NCBI GenBank assembly: GCA_001443385.1
Contig: LDXP01000002.1
Span: forward strand, 38,534-102,533
Direction: 5' to 3'
DNA: 64,000 nucleotides
From: Candidatus Rokubacteria bacterium CSP1-6
GTDB lineage: Bacteria; Methylomirabilota; Methylomirabilia; Rokubacteriales; CSP1-6
Shown here: positions 1 through 9,404 of the stretch, one piece after another
How the letters are laid out: each line of letters begins with the position of its first letter
How positions within the stretch are numbered: position 1 is the first letter of the stretch
Notes under the pieces: generated by a model
Told to the model about the DNA's origin: nothing
The model's database searches: none
The model's input: the letters and a program-made list of their open reading frames with translations, nothing else
Translations under genes and position numbers: made by a program

Positions 1-1
1 C

Positions 2-1768
2 GTCGTGCTCAGGAAGGCCAAGCAGATGGGGTTCTCCGACCGTCGCATCGGGGAACTGTGCGGCAGGACCGAGCTGGAGGTGCGCAAGAGCCGGCTGGCC
101 CAAGGCATCAGGGCCACCTTCAAGATGGTGGACACCTGTGCCGCCGAGTTCGTTGCCTACACGCCGTACCTCTACTCCACCTACGAGGAGGAGGACGAGG
201 CCCCGCGGACCGAGCGCGCCAAGGTCGTCATCCTCGGCTCGGGCCCCAACCGCATCGGCCAGGGGATCGAGTTCGACTACTGCTGCGTCCACGCCGCCTT
301 CGCCCTCAAGGAGCTGGGGGTGGAGGCGATCATGGTCAACTGCAACCCCGAGACCGTCTCCACCGACTACGACACGTCGGACCGCCTTTACTTCGAGCCC
401 CTGACCCTCGAGGACGTCCTGAACATCGTGGAGAAGGAGCAGCCGCTGGGCGTCATCGTCCAGTTCGGCGGCCAGACGCCGTTGAAGCTGGCCGTCCCGC
501 TCGAAAGAGCCGGGGTGCCGCTCCTCGGGACGTCTTCCGATGCCATCGACAGCGCCGAGGACCGGGAGCGCTTCAGCGCGCTTTTGACCAGCCTGGCGCT
601 GGCCCAGGCGCCGTGCGGCATGGCCCGCTCCTTCCAGGAGGCCGAGGGCATCGCGAAGACGATCGGTTACCCGGTCCTCGTCCGCCCGTCCTACGTCCTG
701 GGCGGCCGGGCCATGGAGATCGTGTACGACGAGCAGGACCTGGCCCGCTACATGAAAGAAGCGGTCCGCGTCTCCCCCGAGCACCCGATCCTGGTGGACA
801 AGTTCCTGGAGGACTCGCTCGAAATCGACGTGGACGCCGTCGCCGACGGCGAGCGTGTCGTGGTGGGCGGCGTGATGGAGCACATCGAGAAGGCCGGCAT
901 CCACTCCGGCGACTCGGCGTGCGCGCTTCCGCCATATTCGCTTGGCGACGACCAGGTGGAGCGGCTCAAGGTTCAGACCAAGGCGCTCGCGAAGGTACTG
1001 GGCGTGGTCGGGCTCATCAACATCCAGTTCGCAATCAAGAACGAGCAGATCTTCGTCCTCGAGGTGAACCCGCGCGCCTCCCGGACGATCCCGTTCGTCT
1101 CCAAGGCGATCGGCGTGCCGCTGGCGAAGCTCGCCACGAAAGTGATGCTCGGAAAGACCCTGGCCGACCTAGGCTTCACCGAGGAGCGCGAGATCGCCCA
1201 CATCGCGGTGAAGGAGGCGGTCTTCCCCTTCGTGAAGTTTCCGGGCGTGGACGTGGTGCTGGGACCGGAGATGAAGTCCACCGGCGAGGTGATGGGGATC
1301 GACCGCGACTTCAGGAAGGCCTACGTGAAGTCCCAGCTCTCCGCCGGGTCACCGCTCCCCACATCGGGGAAGGTCTTCCTTTCGGTGAAGAACCGCGACA
1401 AGCGCGCGGTCGTCCAGATCGCCAAGCGGCTCGCCGAGATGGGGTTCAACCTGGTGGCCACTCAGGGGACGGCCAAGGTCCTGACGCGCCACGGGATGAG
1501 CGTAGAGGTGATCAACAAGGTCGCGGAGGGGTGGCGGCCCAACATCGTAGACCTGATGAAGCGCGGCGAGATCGCGCTGGTGTTCAACACGCCCGAGGAC
1601 GGCCGCGCGCGGAAGGACTCCTACCTGATCCGCCGGACGGCGGTGACCCAGAACATCCCGTACTACACCACCGTGGACGGCGCCCAGGCGGCCATCGGCG
1701 GCATCGAGTCGCTGCTCAAGAGCGAGCTCGGCGTCCAGTCGCTCCAGGAGTACCATGCCGGCGCGTGA
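2..1768 (+). CDS. carB: carbamoyl-phosphate synthase large subunit, C-terminal ~587 aa (5' end lies outside the window)
   Basis: The frame is open to the window edge. The translation shows the second ATP-grasp half and the MGS-like C-terminal domain ([40 protein letters not shown]). pyrF and pyrE follow directly. Confidence 0.93.
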   Translation, partial: VVLRKAKQMGFSDRRIGELCGRTELEVRKSRLAQGIRATFKMVDTCAAEFVAYTPYLYSTYEEEDEAPRTERAKVVILGSGPNRIGQGIEFDYCCVHAAFALKELGVEAIMVNCNPETVSTDYDTSDRLYFEPLTLEDVLNIVEKEQPLGVIVQFGGQTPLKLAVPLERAGVPLLGTSSDAIDSAEDRERFSALLTSLALAQAPCGMARSFQEAEGIAKTIGYPVLVRPSYVLGGRAMEIVYDEQDLARYMKEAVRVSPEHPILVDKFLEDSLEIDVDAVADGERVVVGGVMEHIEKAGIHSGDSACALPPYSLGDDQVERLKVQTKALAKVLGVVGLINIQFAIKNEQIFVLEVNPRASRTIPFVSKAIGVPLAKLATKVMLGKTLADLGFTEEREIAHIAVKEAVFPFVKFPGVDVVLGPEMKSTGEVMGIDRDFRKAYVKSQLSAGSPLPTSGKVFLSVKNRDKRAVVQIAKRLAEMGFNLVATQGTAKVLTRHGMSVEVINKVAEGWRPNIVDLMKRGEIALVFNTPEDGRARKDSYLIRRTAVTQNIPYYTTVDGAQAAIGGIESLLKSELGVQSLQEYHAGA

Positions 1769-2483
1769 CCCGAAGAACCGCCTGATCGTCGCCCTCGACG
1801 TGGAGGGACTCGCCCAGGCCGAGGCGCTCCTGGACCGGCTCCAGGGCGTGGTCGGCGCCTGGAAGATCGGCTCCCAGCTCTTCACCGCGTCCGGACCCAC
1901 GGCAGTCGAGCTGGTCCAGAAGCGGGGAGGCGCAGTCTTCCTGGACCTCAAGTTCCACGACATCCCAAACACCGTGGCCGGCGCGGTGCGCGAGGCGACG
2001 CGGATGGGCGTCTTCATGCTCAACGTCCACGCCTCGGGCGGGACCCCGATGCTCAAGGCCGCGGCGGAGGCTGCGCGGCAGGCCGCGCGCGAGTTCGGCG
2101 TCAAGAAGCCCCTCTGCCTGGCCGTGACGGTGCTGACCAGCCTCGATCGCGCGCTCCTCCAGCGCGAGCTGAACGTGCCACTCTCCGTGGAAGGCCAGGT
2201 GCTCCACCTCGCCGGCCTCGCCAAAGCCGCGGGGCTCGACGGCAGCGTCTGCTCCCCTCAGGAGATCCGGGCCATCCGGAACGCCTTCGGGGGTGAGTGG
2301 GTCATCGTCACCCCGGGAGTGAGGCCGACGGGGAGCGACGCAGGGGATCAAGCCCGCGTTTCGACCCCAGAGCAGGCGATCAGCGCGGGCGCCGATTACC
2401 TCGTTGTCGGGAGGCCGATCACGAGCGCGCCGGACCCCAAAGCCGCGGCGACCGCCATCCTCGAGGCGATGGCCAAGGCATGA
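1755..2483 (+). CDS. pyrF: orotidine 5'-phosphate decarboxylase
   Basis: Conserved N-terminus LIVALDV and KIGSQLF, then [13 protein letters not shown]. The ATG at 1755 overlaps the carB stop by 14 nt. Confidence 0.92.
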   Translation: MPARDPKNRLIVALDVEGLAQAEALLDRLQGVVGAWKIGSQLFTASGPTAVELVQKRGGAVFLDLKFHDIPNTVAGAVREATRMGVFMLNVHASGGTPMLKAAAEAARQAAREFGVKKPLCLAVTVLTSLDRALLQRELNVPLSVEGQVLHLAGLAKAAGLDGSVCSPQEIRAIRNAFGGEWVIVTPGVRPTGSDAGDQARVSTPEQAISAGADYLVVGRPITSAPDPKAAATAILEAMAKA

Positions 2484-3061
2484 CGGAGAAGGAAGTCCTC
2501 GAGATCTACGAGCTCACCGGCGGCCTCCTCCGCGGCCATTTCCTCCTCAGCTCGGGGCTCCACTCTGACATCTATCTCCAGAGCGCGCTGGTCCTCCAGC
2601 ACCCGACCCACGCCGGGGCGCTCTGCCGGGAGCTGGCTAGGCCGTTCAAGGGCGACGGCGTCCAGGTGGTCCTGGCGCCCGCCATCGGCGGCATCCTCGT
2701 GGCCCACGAGGTGGCGCGGGCGCTCGGCGCCCGGTGCCTCTTCGGCGAGCGCGAGGACGGCGTGATGCGCCTCCGCCGAGGCTTCAGCCTCGCGCCCGGC
2801 GAGCGGTGCCTCGTGGTTGAGGACGTGATCACCACGGGCGGCTCCACGCGCGAGGTCATCAAGGTCGTCGAGGACGGCCGGGGCGTTCTGGTGGGTGTCG
2901 GCGCGTTGATCGATCGAAGCGGCGGGACCGCGACGTTCCCCGTAAAGAAAGCGGCGCTGGCCACGCTCCCGGTGCCCACGTACAAGCCGGAGGACTGTCC
3001 CCTCTGCAAGGCCGGCACCCCGGCCGTCAAACCCGGCAGTCGCGCCATGCCGAAGGGGTAG
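2480..3061 (+). CDS. pyrE: orotate phosphoribosyltransferase
   Basis: The internal ATG at 2480 ([12 protein letters not shown]) overlaps the pyrF stop as ATGA. A PRPP-binding motif LVVEDVITTGGS is present. The upstream part of the listed ORF (2297-2479) is rejected. Confidence 0.9.
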   Translation: MTEKEVLEIYELTGGLLRGHFLLSSGLHSDIYLQSALVLQHPTHAGALCRELARPFKGDGVQVVLAPAIGGILVAHEVARALGARCLFGEREDGVMRLRRGFSLAPGERCLVVEDVITTGGSTREVIKVVEDGRGVLVGVGALIDRSGGTATFPVKKAALATLPVPTYKPEDCPLCKAGTPAVKPGSRAMPKG

Positions 3062-3439
3062 ATGCCCAGGAAGACGCCCCCGCCCCCCGGCGTTGACGGG
3101 ATTCCCTTCGCGCACGCCGCCGAGCGCGAGTTCGCCCGGCTCCTCACCTTCTACGGCGTTCACTGGCAGTACGAGCCCACCACGTTCCCGCTCGACTGGG
3201 ATGACCAGGGGCGCGTCATCGAGGCGTTCACCCCCGACTTCTACTTGCCGGACCAGGATCTCTACATCGAGCTCACGACCAAGGAGCAGCGCCTCATGAC
3301 CGCCAAGCACCGGAAGATCCGGAAGGCCCAGACGCTCCACCCCGACCTCAAGATCCGGCTCCTGACGCGCAAGGACTGCCTGGCCCTGGCGCGCAAGTTC
3401 GGCTGGCGCAAGAGCACGACGGACAATCCCCGGACATGA
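3062..3439 (+). CDS. hypothetical 125-aa protein with a possible PD-(D/E)XK nuclease-like motif (E..PDFYLPD..LYIELTTK)
   Basis: The ORF is translationally coupled between pyrE and hpt (start directly after pyrE stop, ATGA overlap with hpt). Composition is non-low-complexity. The motif assignment is my own reading. Confidence 0.6.
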   Translation: MPRKTPPPPGVDGIPFAHAAEREFARLLTFYGVHWQYEPTTFPLDWDDQGRVIEAFTPDFYLPDQDLYIELTTKEQRLMTAKHRKIRKAQTLHPDLKIRLLTRKDCLALARKFGWRKSTTDNPRT

Positions 3440-3975
3440 GCCTCTACGACGACCTCGAAGCGATCCTGCTGGACGCCGACGCGATCCAGGCCGAGGTCCG
3501 GCGGCTCGGGGAGCGGATCTCCAAGGACTTCGCCGACCGCCACCCCCATCTGATCGGGGTGCTCAAAGGCTCCAGTGTCTTCCTCTCGGATCTCATCCGG
3601 ACCCTCACGGTGCCCGTCACCGTGGACTACATCTGGATCTCTCCTTACGAAACCCCGACGCCCTCGGGGGTGGTGCGGATCCGAAAGGACCTGGACGATC
3701 CCATCGAGGGGCGGGACGTGATCGTGGTGGAGGGGATCATCGACACCGGGCTCACGCTCTCCTACCTGCTCCGGAACTTCAGGACCCGGAACCCGGCGTC
3801 CCTGAAGGTCTGTGCCTTCGTCAACAAGCGCGCCCAGCGGATCATCGACCTCAGCGTGGACTACGTCGGGCGGGAGATCCCCGACAAGTTCGTGGTGGGC
3901 TACGGCCTCGATTACCGCCAGCGCTACCGCAACCTCCCCGTCCTCGGCGTCCTCAAGCCCTCCGCCCTCGACTAG
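3436..3975 (+). CDS. hpt: hypoxanthine-guanine phosphoribosyltransferase
   Basis: Contains the PRTase motif VIVVEGIIDTGLTL and the Hpt N-terminal pattern LIGVLKGSSVFLSDL. Confidence 0.9.
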   Translation: MSLYDDLEAILLDADAIQAEVRRLGERISKDFADRHPHLIGVLKGSSVFLSDLIRTLTVPVTVDYIWISPYETPTPSGVVRIRKDLDDPIEGRDVIVVEGIIDTGLTLSYLLRNFRTRNPASLKVCAFVNKRAQRIIDLSVDYVGREIPDKFVVGYGLDYRQRYRNLPVLGVLKPSALD

Positions 3976-3985
3976 CCGGCCCGCC

Positions 3986-4177
3986 TCAGCTGGATTGGAA
4001 GCTGATCTTGCTGTGGGTGCCGTCGCAGAACGGCTTTGTCGCCGAGCCGCCGCAGCGGCACAGCGCGATCTTCGGCTTGCCCGTCGTATCGAGCTTGGCG
4101 CCTTTCGGATCGTAGAGCTCGCAGTCGCCTTCGACGAGATAAGGCCCGTTCGGTCTCGCCGTGATCTTGACGGCCAT
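3986..4177 (-). CDS. CDGSH-type iron-sulfur domain protein (63 aa)
   Basis: Contains the CRCGGSATKPFCDGTH motif. Confidence 0.8.
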   Translation of the reverse strand: MAVKITARPNGPYLVEGDCELYDPKGAKLDTTGKPKIALCRCGGSATKPFCDGTHSKISFQSS

Positions 4178-4195
4178 GGAGTCCTCCTTCTGTGG

Positions 4196-4714
4196 TTAGC
4201 CGGAAAAGCGCTGGGCGTTGCCCATGTGGGGCCAGACGAGGGCCTGGACGTTGGCCAGAATCTGCTTGAGGTGGTTGCGGTCGTGATGGACCCACTCGTG
4301 GAGCAGGTCCCCGATGCGCAGGAAGCCGACCTGCGGGTGGTGGCCCCCGCGCTGAAGGTCGGAGCCTTTGAGCCCCGCCACGAGCGGGACACTCGCCTCG
4401 CGAAGCCCCGCAAACTCCGCCAGCAACTGGACCGGGTCGCGCTCGCAGTCCCGCCGCTCCCGCGCGACCTGGGCCTGGTCCCAGGCCTGCAGCTGCGGGC
4501 TTTCGCCGTCGAGGATGCTGCGGATCCGGCCGGCGAAGCCGCGCTGTTCAGCCTCGATCAGGTGGCCCAGCACCTCCTTGACGCACCATTCGCCCGGGGC
4601 GGGATGCCAGTCCCACGCGGCTGCCGGCAGGACGGCCAGTTCGGCCCGCACCGCCGCCGCCATGCCCTGCAGCAGCTCGGCAACCTGCGTCGGATGGAGC
4701 GCGGCGGGTTGCAT
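4196..4714 (-). CDS. DinB/YfiT-like putative metal-dependent hydrolase family protein
   Basis: A His-rich four-helix pattern (VLGHLIEAEQ, HEWVHHDRNH) is typical of the DinB_2 family. Confidence 0.65.
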   Translation of the reverse strand: MQPAALHPTQVAELLQGMAAAVRAELAVLPAAAWDWHPAPGEWCVKEVLGHLIEAEQRGFAGRIRSILDGESPQLQAWDQAQVARERRDCERDPVQLLAEFAGLREASVPLVAGLKGSDLQRGGHHPQVGFLRIGDLLHEWVHHDRNHLKQILANVQALVWPHMGNAQRFSG

Positions 4715-4715
4715 G

Positions 4716-5531
4716 CTAGCCCTTGGGCTGGTATTCGGGGCGCCAGCGGAGGAGGCGCATCTCCACCTGCTTGATCCCCAGCGCCATCACGATGCCGGTG
4801 ATGGCCAGGACGATCAGCGACACCATCATGTCGGCGGAGTTGAGCGTCCCCAGGGAGGAGATGATCAGGTAGCCGATCCCGCCGCCGGACTCCCCGCCGA
4901 TAAACTCGCCGATGACCACACCGATCAGGGCGAAGGAGATGGACGGGGTGAGCGAGGCGAAGGTCCAGGCCAGCGCCGAGGGGATGATGACGGTCCGCAT
5001 GATCTGCCCCTCCCGGGCCCCGAGGAAGCGCGCCGAGTGGATCAGGTCGGGATCGACACTCCGGGCGCCCTGGAAGGTGTTGAAGAAGACGATGAAGAAG
5101 ACGATCATCCAGGCCAGGACCACCTTGGCCAGGAGGCCGAAGCCGAAGATCATCGTGACGAGCGGCACGAGCGCGATGCGTGGAAGCGAATTGAAGGCGA
5201 TGATGTAGGGCTCGAAGATCCGGGCGAGCCGGTCGTTCCGCCCCAGCACCAGCCCCGCCACGAAGCCCGTGGAGACCCCCACGAAGAAGCCGATGAAGGT
5301 GGACTCCACCGTGGAGAGGAGCATCTGCCAGAGGGTAAGGCGAACCTTGTCCGAGTTCAGGTAGAAGAAGCGCTCGACGATCTTGGAGGGACGGCTGATG
5401 AAGAACGGGTCGATGAAATAGAGGCCGGGAATCTTCGACACGGCCTTGATCCCGGTGAGCCACTCCCAGGCGCCTACCCCCACGACCAGGATCGCGAGCC
5501 GCCAGAAGTTGATCTTGAGCTTTTCGTTCAT
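4716..5531 (-). CDS. ABC transporter permease (NitT/TauT, SsuC-like family)
   Basis: It has 6 TM segments and the EAA-like loop ARFLGAREGQIMRTVIIPSA. It overlaps the upstream ATPase by 4 nt. Confidence 0.88.
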   Translation of the reverse strand: MNEKLKINFWRLAILVVGVGAWEWLTGIKAVSKIPGLYFIDPFFISRPSKIVERFFYLNSDKVRLTLWQMLLSTVESTFIGFFVGVSTGFVAGLVLGRNDRLARIFEPYIIAFNSLPRIALVPLVTMIFGFGLLAKVVLAWMIVFFIVFFNTFQGARSVDPDLIHSARFLGAREGQIMRTVIIPSALAWTFASLTPSISFALIGVVIGEFIGGESGGGIGYLIISSLGTLNSADMMVSLIVLAITGIVMALGIKQVEMRLLRWRPEYQPKG

Positions 5532-6403
5532 ACCGCGTGCCCCGTGTCTGCGCTCCCGCCTTGTTCGAGCGCGGGCTTTGCCCGCGCAAGCCCGGGGGGA
5601 GGTGCCGGAAGGGGGGCAGAGCCCCCCTCCGGGGGGGCGAACTCCTCGCCCAGGACGCGCCAGATCTGGCTGTACTCCTGGGCGTACTCGTCGGTCTCCC
5701 TGAGCTTGATCACGTCACGCGGGCGCGGCAGCTTCACCTCGTGGATCAGCTTGATCTTGCCGGGGCGACGGGTCAGGACGACGATGCGATCGGCCAGGGT
5801 GATCGCCTCCGAGAGGTCATGCGTGACGAAGACCACCGTCTGGTGCTTGGCCTCCCAGAGTGCCAGGAGCTCGGCGTGGAGGCCGAGCTTGGTGTGGGTG
5901 TCGAGCGCGCCGAAGGGCTCGTCCATGAGGAGGATCTCGGGCTCCACGATAAGCGTCCGCATGAGCGCCACCCGCTGGCGCATCCCGCCCGAGAGCGTGG
6001 CGGGAAACGCTTCTTCGAACCCGGAGAGCCCGGCCAGCCTGATCGCCTCGGCCACGCGCCGCTCCTGCTCCGGCCCTGCAACCCCGCGGTACTCAAGGCC
6101 CAGGGCGATGTTGCGGGTGACGGTGCGCCAGGGGAAGACGGTGTCCTTCTGGAAGACGTACCCCACCTGGCGGGGGACGTCCCTCACGGCAGAGCCGTCG
6201 ATGAGCACCTGGCCATCGGAGGGAGCGATGAGGCCGCCGATCATGTTGAGGATGGTGGACTTGCCGCAGCCCGAGGGGCCCACGAGGGCGACGAACTCCT
6301 TGTCGAGGATGTCGAGCGAGACCCTGGAAACGGCCGGGACCTCCCGCCCTCCCTCGCGGAAGGTCTTCGAGAGGTCCCCGATCTGAATGCGGAGCCTTGA
6401 CAA
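5528..6403 (-). CDS. ABC transporter ATP-binding protein (SsuB/TauB-like)
   Basis: - Walker A GPSGCGKST, signature LSGGMRQR and Walker B LLMDEPF are present.
- The start is ambiguous: a TTG at 6403 gives the canonical N-terminus LSRLRIQIGDLSKTF 11 nt after the SBP stop, while the listed GTG at 6505 would overlap the SBP gene by 90 nt.
- The last ~35 aa are encoded by a repeat element (see findings). Confidence 0.8.
   Translation of the reverse strand: MSRLRIQIGDLSKTFREGGREVPAVSRVSLDILDKEFVALVGPSGCGKSTILNMIGGLIAPSDGQVLIDGSAVRDVPRQVGYVFQKDTVFPWRTVTRNIALGLEYRGVAGPEQERRVAEAIRLAGLSGFEEAFPATLSGGMRQRVALMRTLIVEPEILLMDEPFGALDTHTKLGLHAELLALWEAKHQTVVFVTHDLSEAITLADRIVVLTRRPGKIKLIHEVKLPRPRDVIKLRETDEYAQEYSQIWRVLGEEFAPPEGGSAPLPAPPPGLARAKPALEQGGSADTGHAV
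5592..5638 (+). repeat. GC-rich hairpin repeat, copy 1, embedded in the 3' coding end of the ABC ATPase gene
   Basis: CGGGGGGAGGTGCCGGAAGGGGGGCAGAGCCCCCCTCCGGGGGGG. It is translated in-frame on the minus strand as ...APPEGGSAPLPAPPPGLARAKP... Confidence 0.8.
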
Positions 6404-6414
6404 CGGCGGGGGGG

Positions 6415-7479
6415 CTACTTGAACTTGGCCTGGGCCTTCTTCACGAAGCTCATGTCCACGGCCTGGGCGTAGGGGATCGGCTTCTCCAGCGCCAGGGGAA
6501 CCCACACCTTCATGCCGTTCTCGTAGTCCTTTGGTTCGATGATGAAGTCCCAGTCGAAAATGGTCTTGTAGTACTTGATGGAGCGCACGACCACGTCGCG
6601 GCTAAACGTGTCCATGTAGGGCTTGTGGAGGAGGTCGGCGATCTGGGCGTCGGAAGCGCCCTTGATCCACTGCTGGGCTCGGTAGTTGGCGTTGACGTAA
6701 GCCTGGACGAGGTCGGGGGACTTCTCCACGGTCTCCTTCAGGACGTAGCCGACGGTGACGGGGATCGGCCCGCCGAAGACCCGGTCCCAGGCCTTCTCGT
6801 CCAGGACGTCGTAGATCGGGGCGCCGAACCCTTCGTCCTGGGCGGCCCACTGCCACTCGGGGACGGCCATGATGGCGTCGAACTTGCCCGCCTTGAGGCC
6901 GCCGAGGATGGTCGTCGAGGCGCCGCCGCCCACCCACTCCACATGGTCGTTGACGGGCTTGCCGTCGGGAGCCTTCGTCTGCTTCAGGACGTAGTTGCCA
7001 TAGACGTAGGTCCCCGAGCCGATCGCCGTGGCGGCCACCACCGCCTTGCGCCCCACGAGCTTCTGATCGGCGAGGGCCTCGATGCTCTTCACCCCTTTGT
7101 CGAAGAGCTCCTTGCGGACCACGATGTTGGCGTACGAGCACCGGGCGTCCGTCGCGAAGATCATCAGAGCGTCCTTGCCCTTCTCCGAGATCTTCAGGGG
7201 ATGGTTCGAGTCCCCTAACGCGAACATGGCCTGGCCGGCCGCCAGGGCCTGGACCACCTTGGCCCCGCCGCCCGGGACGATGAAACTGGGGAACGTCACC
7301 CCCTCGTCCTCGAAGAACTTCTTCTCCTTGGCCACCAGGTGCTGGCCGTAGACGAAAGTCGACACGCTGTGGATGACACTGATCGGCTTCCTCGCCTGGG
7401 CCTGGGCGAGCCGGGGAACCCCCGCGGCGCCAGCGGCGAGACCCAGGGTTTTCAGGAACTGACGGCGAGTCTGTGCCAT
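6415..7479 (-). CDS. ABC transporter substrate-binding protein, NMT1/THI5-like (SsuA/TauA-type), Tat signal
   Basis: The internal ATG at 7479 gives MAQTRRQFLKTLGLAAGAAGVPRLAQA (twin-arginine signal). A GGAGG lies 6 nt upstream. The upstream part of the listed ORF is rejected. Confidence 0.85.
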   Translation of the reverse strand: MAQTRRQFLKTLGLAAGAAGVPRLAQAQARKPISVIHSVSTFVYGQHLVAKEKKFFEDEGVTFPSFIVPGGGAKVVQALAAGQAMFALGDSNHPLKISEKGKDALMIFATDARCSYANIVVRKELFDKGVKSIEALADQKLVGRKAVVAATAIGSGTYVYGNYVLKQTKAPDGKPVNDHVEWVGGGASTTILGGLKAGKFDAIMAVPEWQWAAQDEGFGAPIYDVLDEKAWDRVFGGPIPVTVGYVLKETVEKSPDLVQAYVNANYRAQQWIKGASDAQIADLLHKPYMDTFSRDVVVRSIKYYKTIFDWDFIIEPKDYENGMKVWVPLALEKPIPYAQAVDMSFVKKAQAKFK

Positions 7480-7573
7480 AGGGGGCCTCCGCTGATCAGG
7501 GCTAAAGGTTAGACTGCGCCGCACTTTACACCGAGGGCGCACGGGCTGTCAACGGCCGAGTGGCCCAAAGTTA

Positions 7574-7602
7574 TTGACTGTTCAGGGAAATCTGACTATA
7601 TT
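7574..7602 (+). promoter_or_regulatory. sigma70-consensus-like promoter (TTGACT - 17 nt - TATATT) upstream of yicC
   Basis: A near-perfect -35/-10 pair with 17-nt spacing sits in an AT-rich island about 55 nt upstream of the yicC ATG. Such a match is rare in 68% GC DNA. Confidence 0.5.
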
Positions 7603-7655
7603 ACAGCGATGGCTGGGCTGCTTTCCCTCCTTACCATCCCCGCCTCGAGGCACCC

Positions 7656-8537
7656 ATGATCCGGAGCATGACGGGGTACGGACGGGCCGAGGTGGTGGGG
7701 GAAAGGATCGTCGTGTCGGTCGAAGCCCGGTCGCTGAACCATCGCCACCTCGACGTCGCGCTGAAGCTCCCCCGCTCGCTGGCCGGCCTCGAACTAGAGG
7801 CCCGGCGCCTGCTCCAGGGACAGATCCAGCGGGGGCGTCTCGACGTCAGCGTGGGCGTGAAGCCGCTCGCCGAGGGAGGGAGCGCGCTGAAAGTGGACGC
7901 GGCCCTCGCCCGGCGCTACATCGACCAAGCGCTGGCGCTGAGCGACGCCCTGGGCCTGGACGCCGAGCCGACGGTCGAGTGGGTCCTCGAGCGCCCCGGG
8001 GTGGTGACGCTCGGCGAGCCCGAGGCGGTCGCTCCCGAGGCCGGGTGGCCTGTGCTGGCCGAGGCGCTCGCCCGCGCCATGGAGGACCTGGTCGCCCGGC
8101 GGGAGGCCGAGGGCGAGGCGCTCGCCAAAGATCTCACGGCGCTGTACGACGCCCTCGCCGCGGAAGTGGAGCGGATGACCCAGCGCGTCCCGGCGGCGCT
8201 GGCTCAGCGCGCGCAGCGGGTGAGAGAACGGATCAATGCCCTCCTGGGCGAGCACCCGGTGGACGAGGGGCGGCTCATCATGGAAGCCGCCGTCTGGGCC
8301 GAGAAGACCGACATCAGTGAGGAGCTGGCGCGGCTCAAGGCCCACCTCGGCCAGTTCGCGGGCCTGCTGAGGGAAGGCGGCCCGGTGGGACGGACGCTGG
8401 ACTTCCTGGTCCAGGAGATGAACCGGGAGGTCAACACGGTGGCATCGAAGGCCAACGACCTCGAGCTCTCCCAGCTGGCGTTGGCGTCCAAGGGGCACCT
8501 CGAGAAAATTCGCGAACAGGTCCAGAACGTGGAGTGA
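7656..8537 (+). CDS. yicC: YicC/YloC family stress-induced protein
   Basis: The N-terminus MIRSMTGYGRAE is the family hallmark. Length is 293 aa. Confidence 0.88.
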   Translation: MIRSMTGYGRAEVVGERIVVSVEARSLNHRHLDVALKLPRSLAGLELEARRLLQGQIQRGRLDVSVGVKPLAEGGSALKVDAALARRYIDQALALSDALGLDAEPTVEWVLERPGVVTLGEPEAVAPEAGWPVLAEALARAMEDLVARREAEGEALAKDLTALYDALAAEVERMTQRVPAALAQRAQRVRERINALLGEHPVDEGRLIMEAAVWAEKTDISEELARLKAHLGQFAGLLREGGPVGRTLDFLVQEMNREVNTVASKANDLELSQLALASKGHLEKIREQVQNVE

Positions 8538-9169
8538 GCGGGGGCGTGGACCCGGTCACTAGGCGGCGGGGAACGCTGGTGGTCGTCTCGGCTCCCTCGG
8601 GGGCGGGCAAGACGACGCTCTGCACCGAGGTGCGCTCCATGCTCCCCGATCTGGCCTACTCGGTCTCGTACACGACGCGGGCGCCGCGGCCGGGAGAGGA
8701 GGAGGGCAAGGACTTCCACTTCGTCAGCGCGACGGCGTTCAAGGGAATGGTCGAGCGGAACGAGTTCGCCGAGTGGGCGATCGTGCACGACAACTACTAC
8801 GGCACCGCGGCCCGGCCCCTGGAGGAAGCGCTGGGCGCCGGGCTCGACATCCTGCTGGACATTGACACGCAGGGGGCGCGCCAGCTGAGGACGCGCTACC
8901 CCGAGGCGATCTCGGTCTTCATCGTGGCGCCGTCCCTGGCGCTCCTGGAGCAGCGCCTGAGAGAGCGCAAGTCGGACGCCCCCCAGGAAATCGCCCTGCG
9001 GATGGCGCGCGCGCGGGAGGAGATCGCGGCCTGGCGGGAGTATAATTATCTGATTATCAACCGGGACCTGAAGGAGGCGGTGGACCAGCTGGCAAGCATC
9101 ATTCAGGCCGAGCGCTGCCGGACGAGCCGGCTGGCGTTGAAGCTCCCCGATCTCGCGCTCCCGGAGTGA
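8534..9169 (+). CDS. gmk: guanylate kinase
   Basis: P-loop SAPSGAGKTTL and SVSYTTRAPRPGEEEGKDFHFVS are present. The GTG start overlaps the yicC stop. Confidence 0.92.
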   Translation: MSGGVDPVTRRRGTLVVVSAPSGAGKTTLCTEVRSMLPDLAYSVSYTTRAPRPGEEEGKDFHFVSATAFKGMVERNEFAEWAIVHDNYYGTAARPLEEALGAGLDILLDIDTQGARQLRTRYPEAISVFIVAPSLALLEQRLRERKSDAPQEIALRMARAREEIAAWREYNYLIINRDLKEAVDQLASIIQAERCRTSRLALKLPDLALPE

Positions 9170-9186
9170 TAGGAGGCCACGTGCAT

Positions 9187-9393
9187 ATGGCGTTTCCGTC
9201 CCTTGAAAAGTCGCTCCAGAAAGTCTGGAACCGGTATCTCCTGGTGGTGGTCGCGTCCAAGCGCGCCCGCCAGCTCAATCGCGGCGCCGCGGCCCAGGTG
9301 GAGTCCAAGCACAAGAAGTGCACCAGCGTCGCGCTGGAAGAACTGGCCCAGGCCAAGGTGGGGTACCGGGTGAAGGACGAAAGCCACCCCTGA
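9187..9393 (+). CDS. rpoZ: DNA-directed RNA polymerase subunit omega
   Basis: NRYLLVVVASKRARQL is present. An AGGAGG lies 10 nt upstream of the ATG at 9187; the listed ORF starts 21 nt earlier at a GTG. Confidence 0.85.
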   Translation: MAFPSLEKSLQKVWNRYLLVVVASKRARQLNRGAAAQVESKHKKCTSVALEELAQAKVGYRVKDESHP

Positions 9394-9404
9394 AGCTCTA
9401 TGAT

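Noticed and set aside
58-1785. 575-aa + strand ORF overlapping carB in another frame
   Set aside because: It is Arg/Gly/Pro-rich low-complexity translation of high-GC DNA and lies entirely inside the well-conserved carB frame.
1349-4413. Several long minus-strand ORFs (1349-2224, 1716-2351, 2396-3340, 2572-3147, 3262-4413) antisense to carB, pyrF, pyrE and hpt
   Set aside because: They have no conserved motifs, are rich in Arg/Ala/Gly/Pro, and are antisense to confidently identified genes.
4368-6400. 672-aa (4368-6386) and 287-aa (5537-6400) + strand ORFs, and the 343-aa minus-strand ORF (4558-5589), over the ABC transporter genes
   Set aside because: Out-of-frame or antisense to the permease and ATPase genes, which carry canonical ABC motifs. 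Composition is low-complexity.
7480-7573. Possible TPP (THI-box) riboswitch upstream of the NMT1/THI5-like binding protein
   Set aside because: Only a CCTGATC fragment resembles the THI-box. The CUGAGA core and pairing partners are absent.
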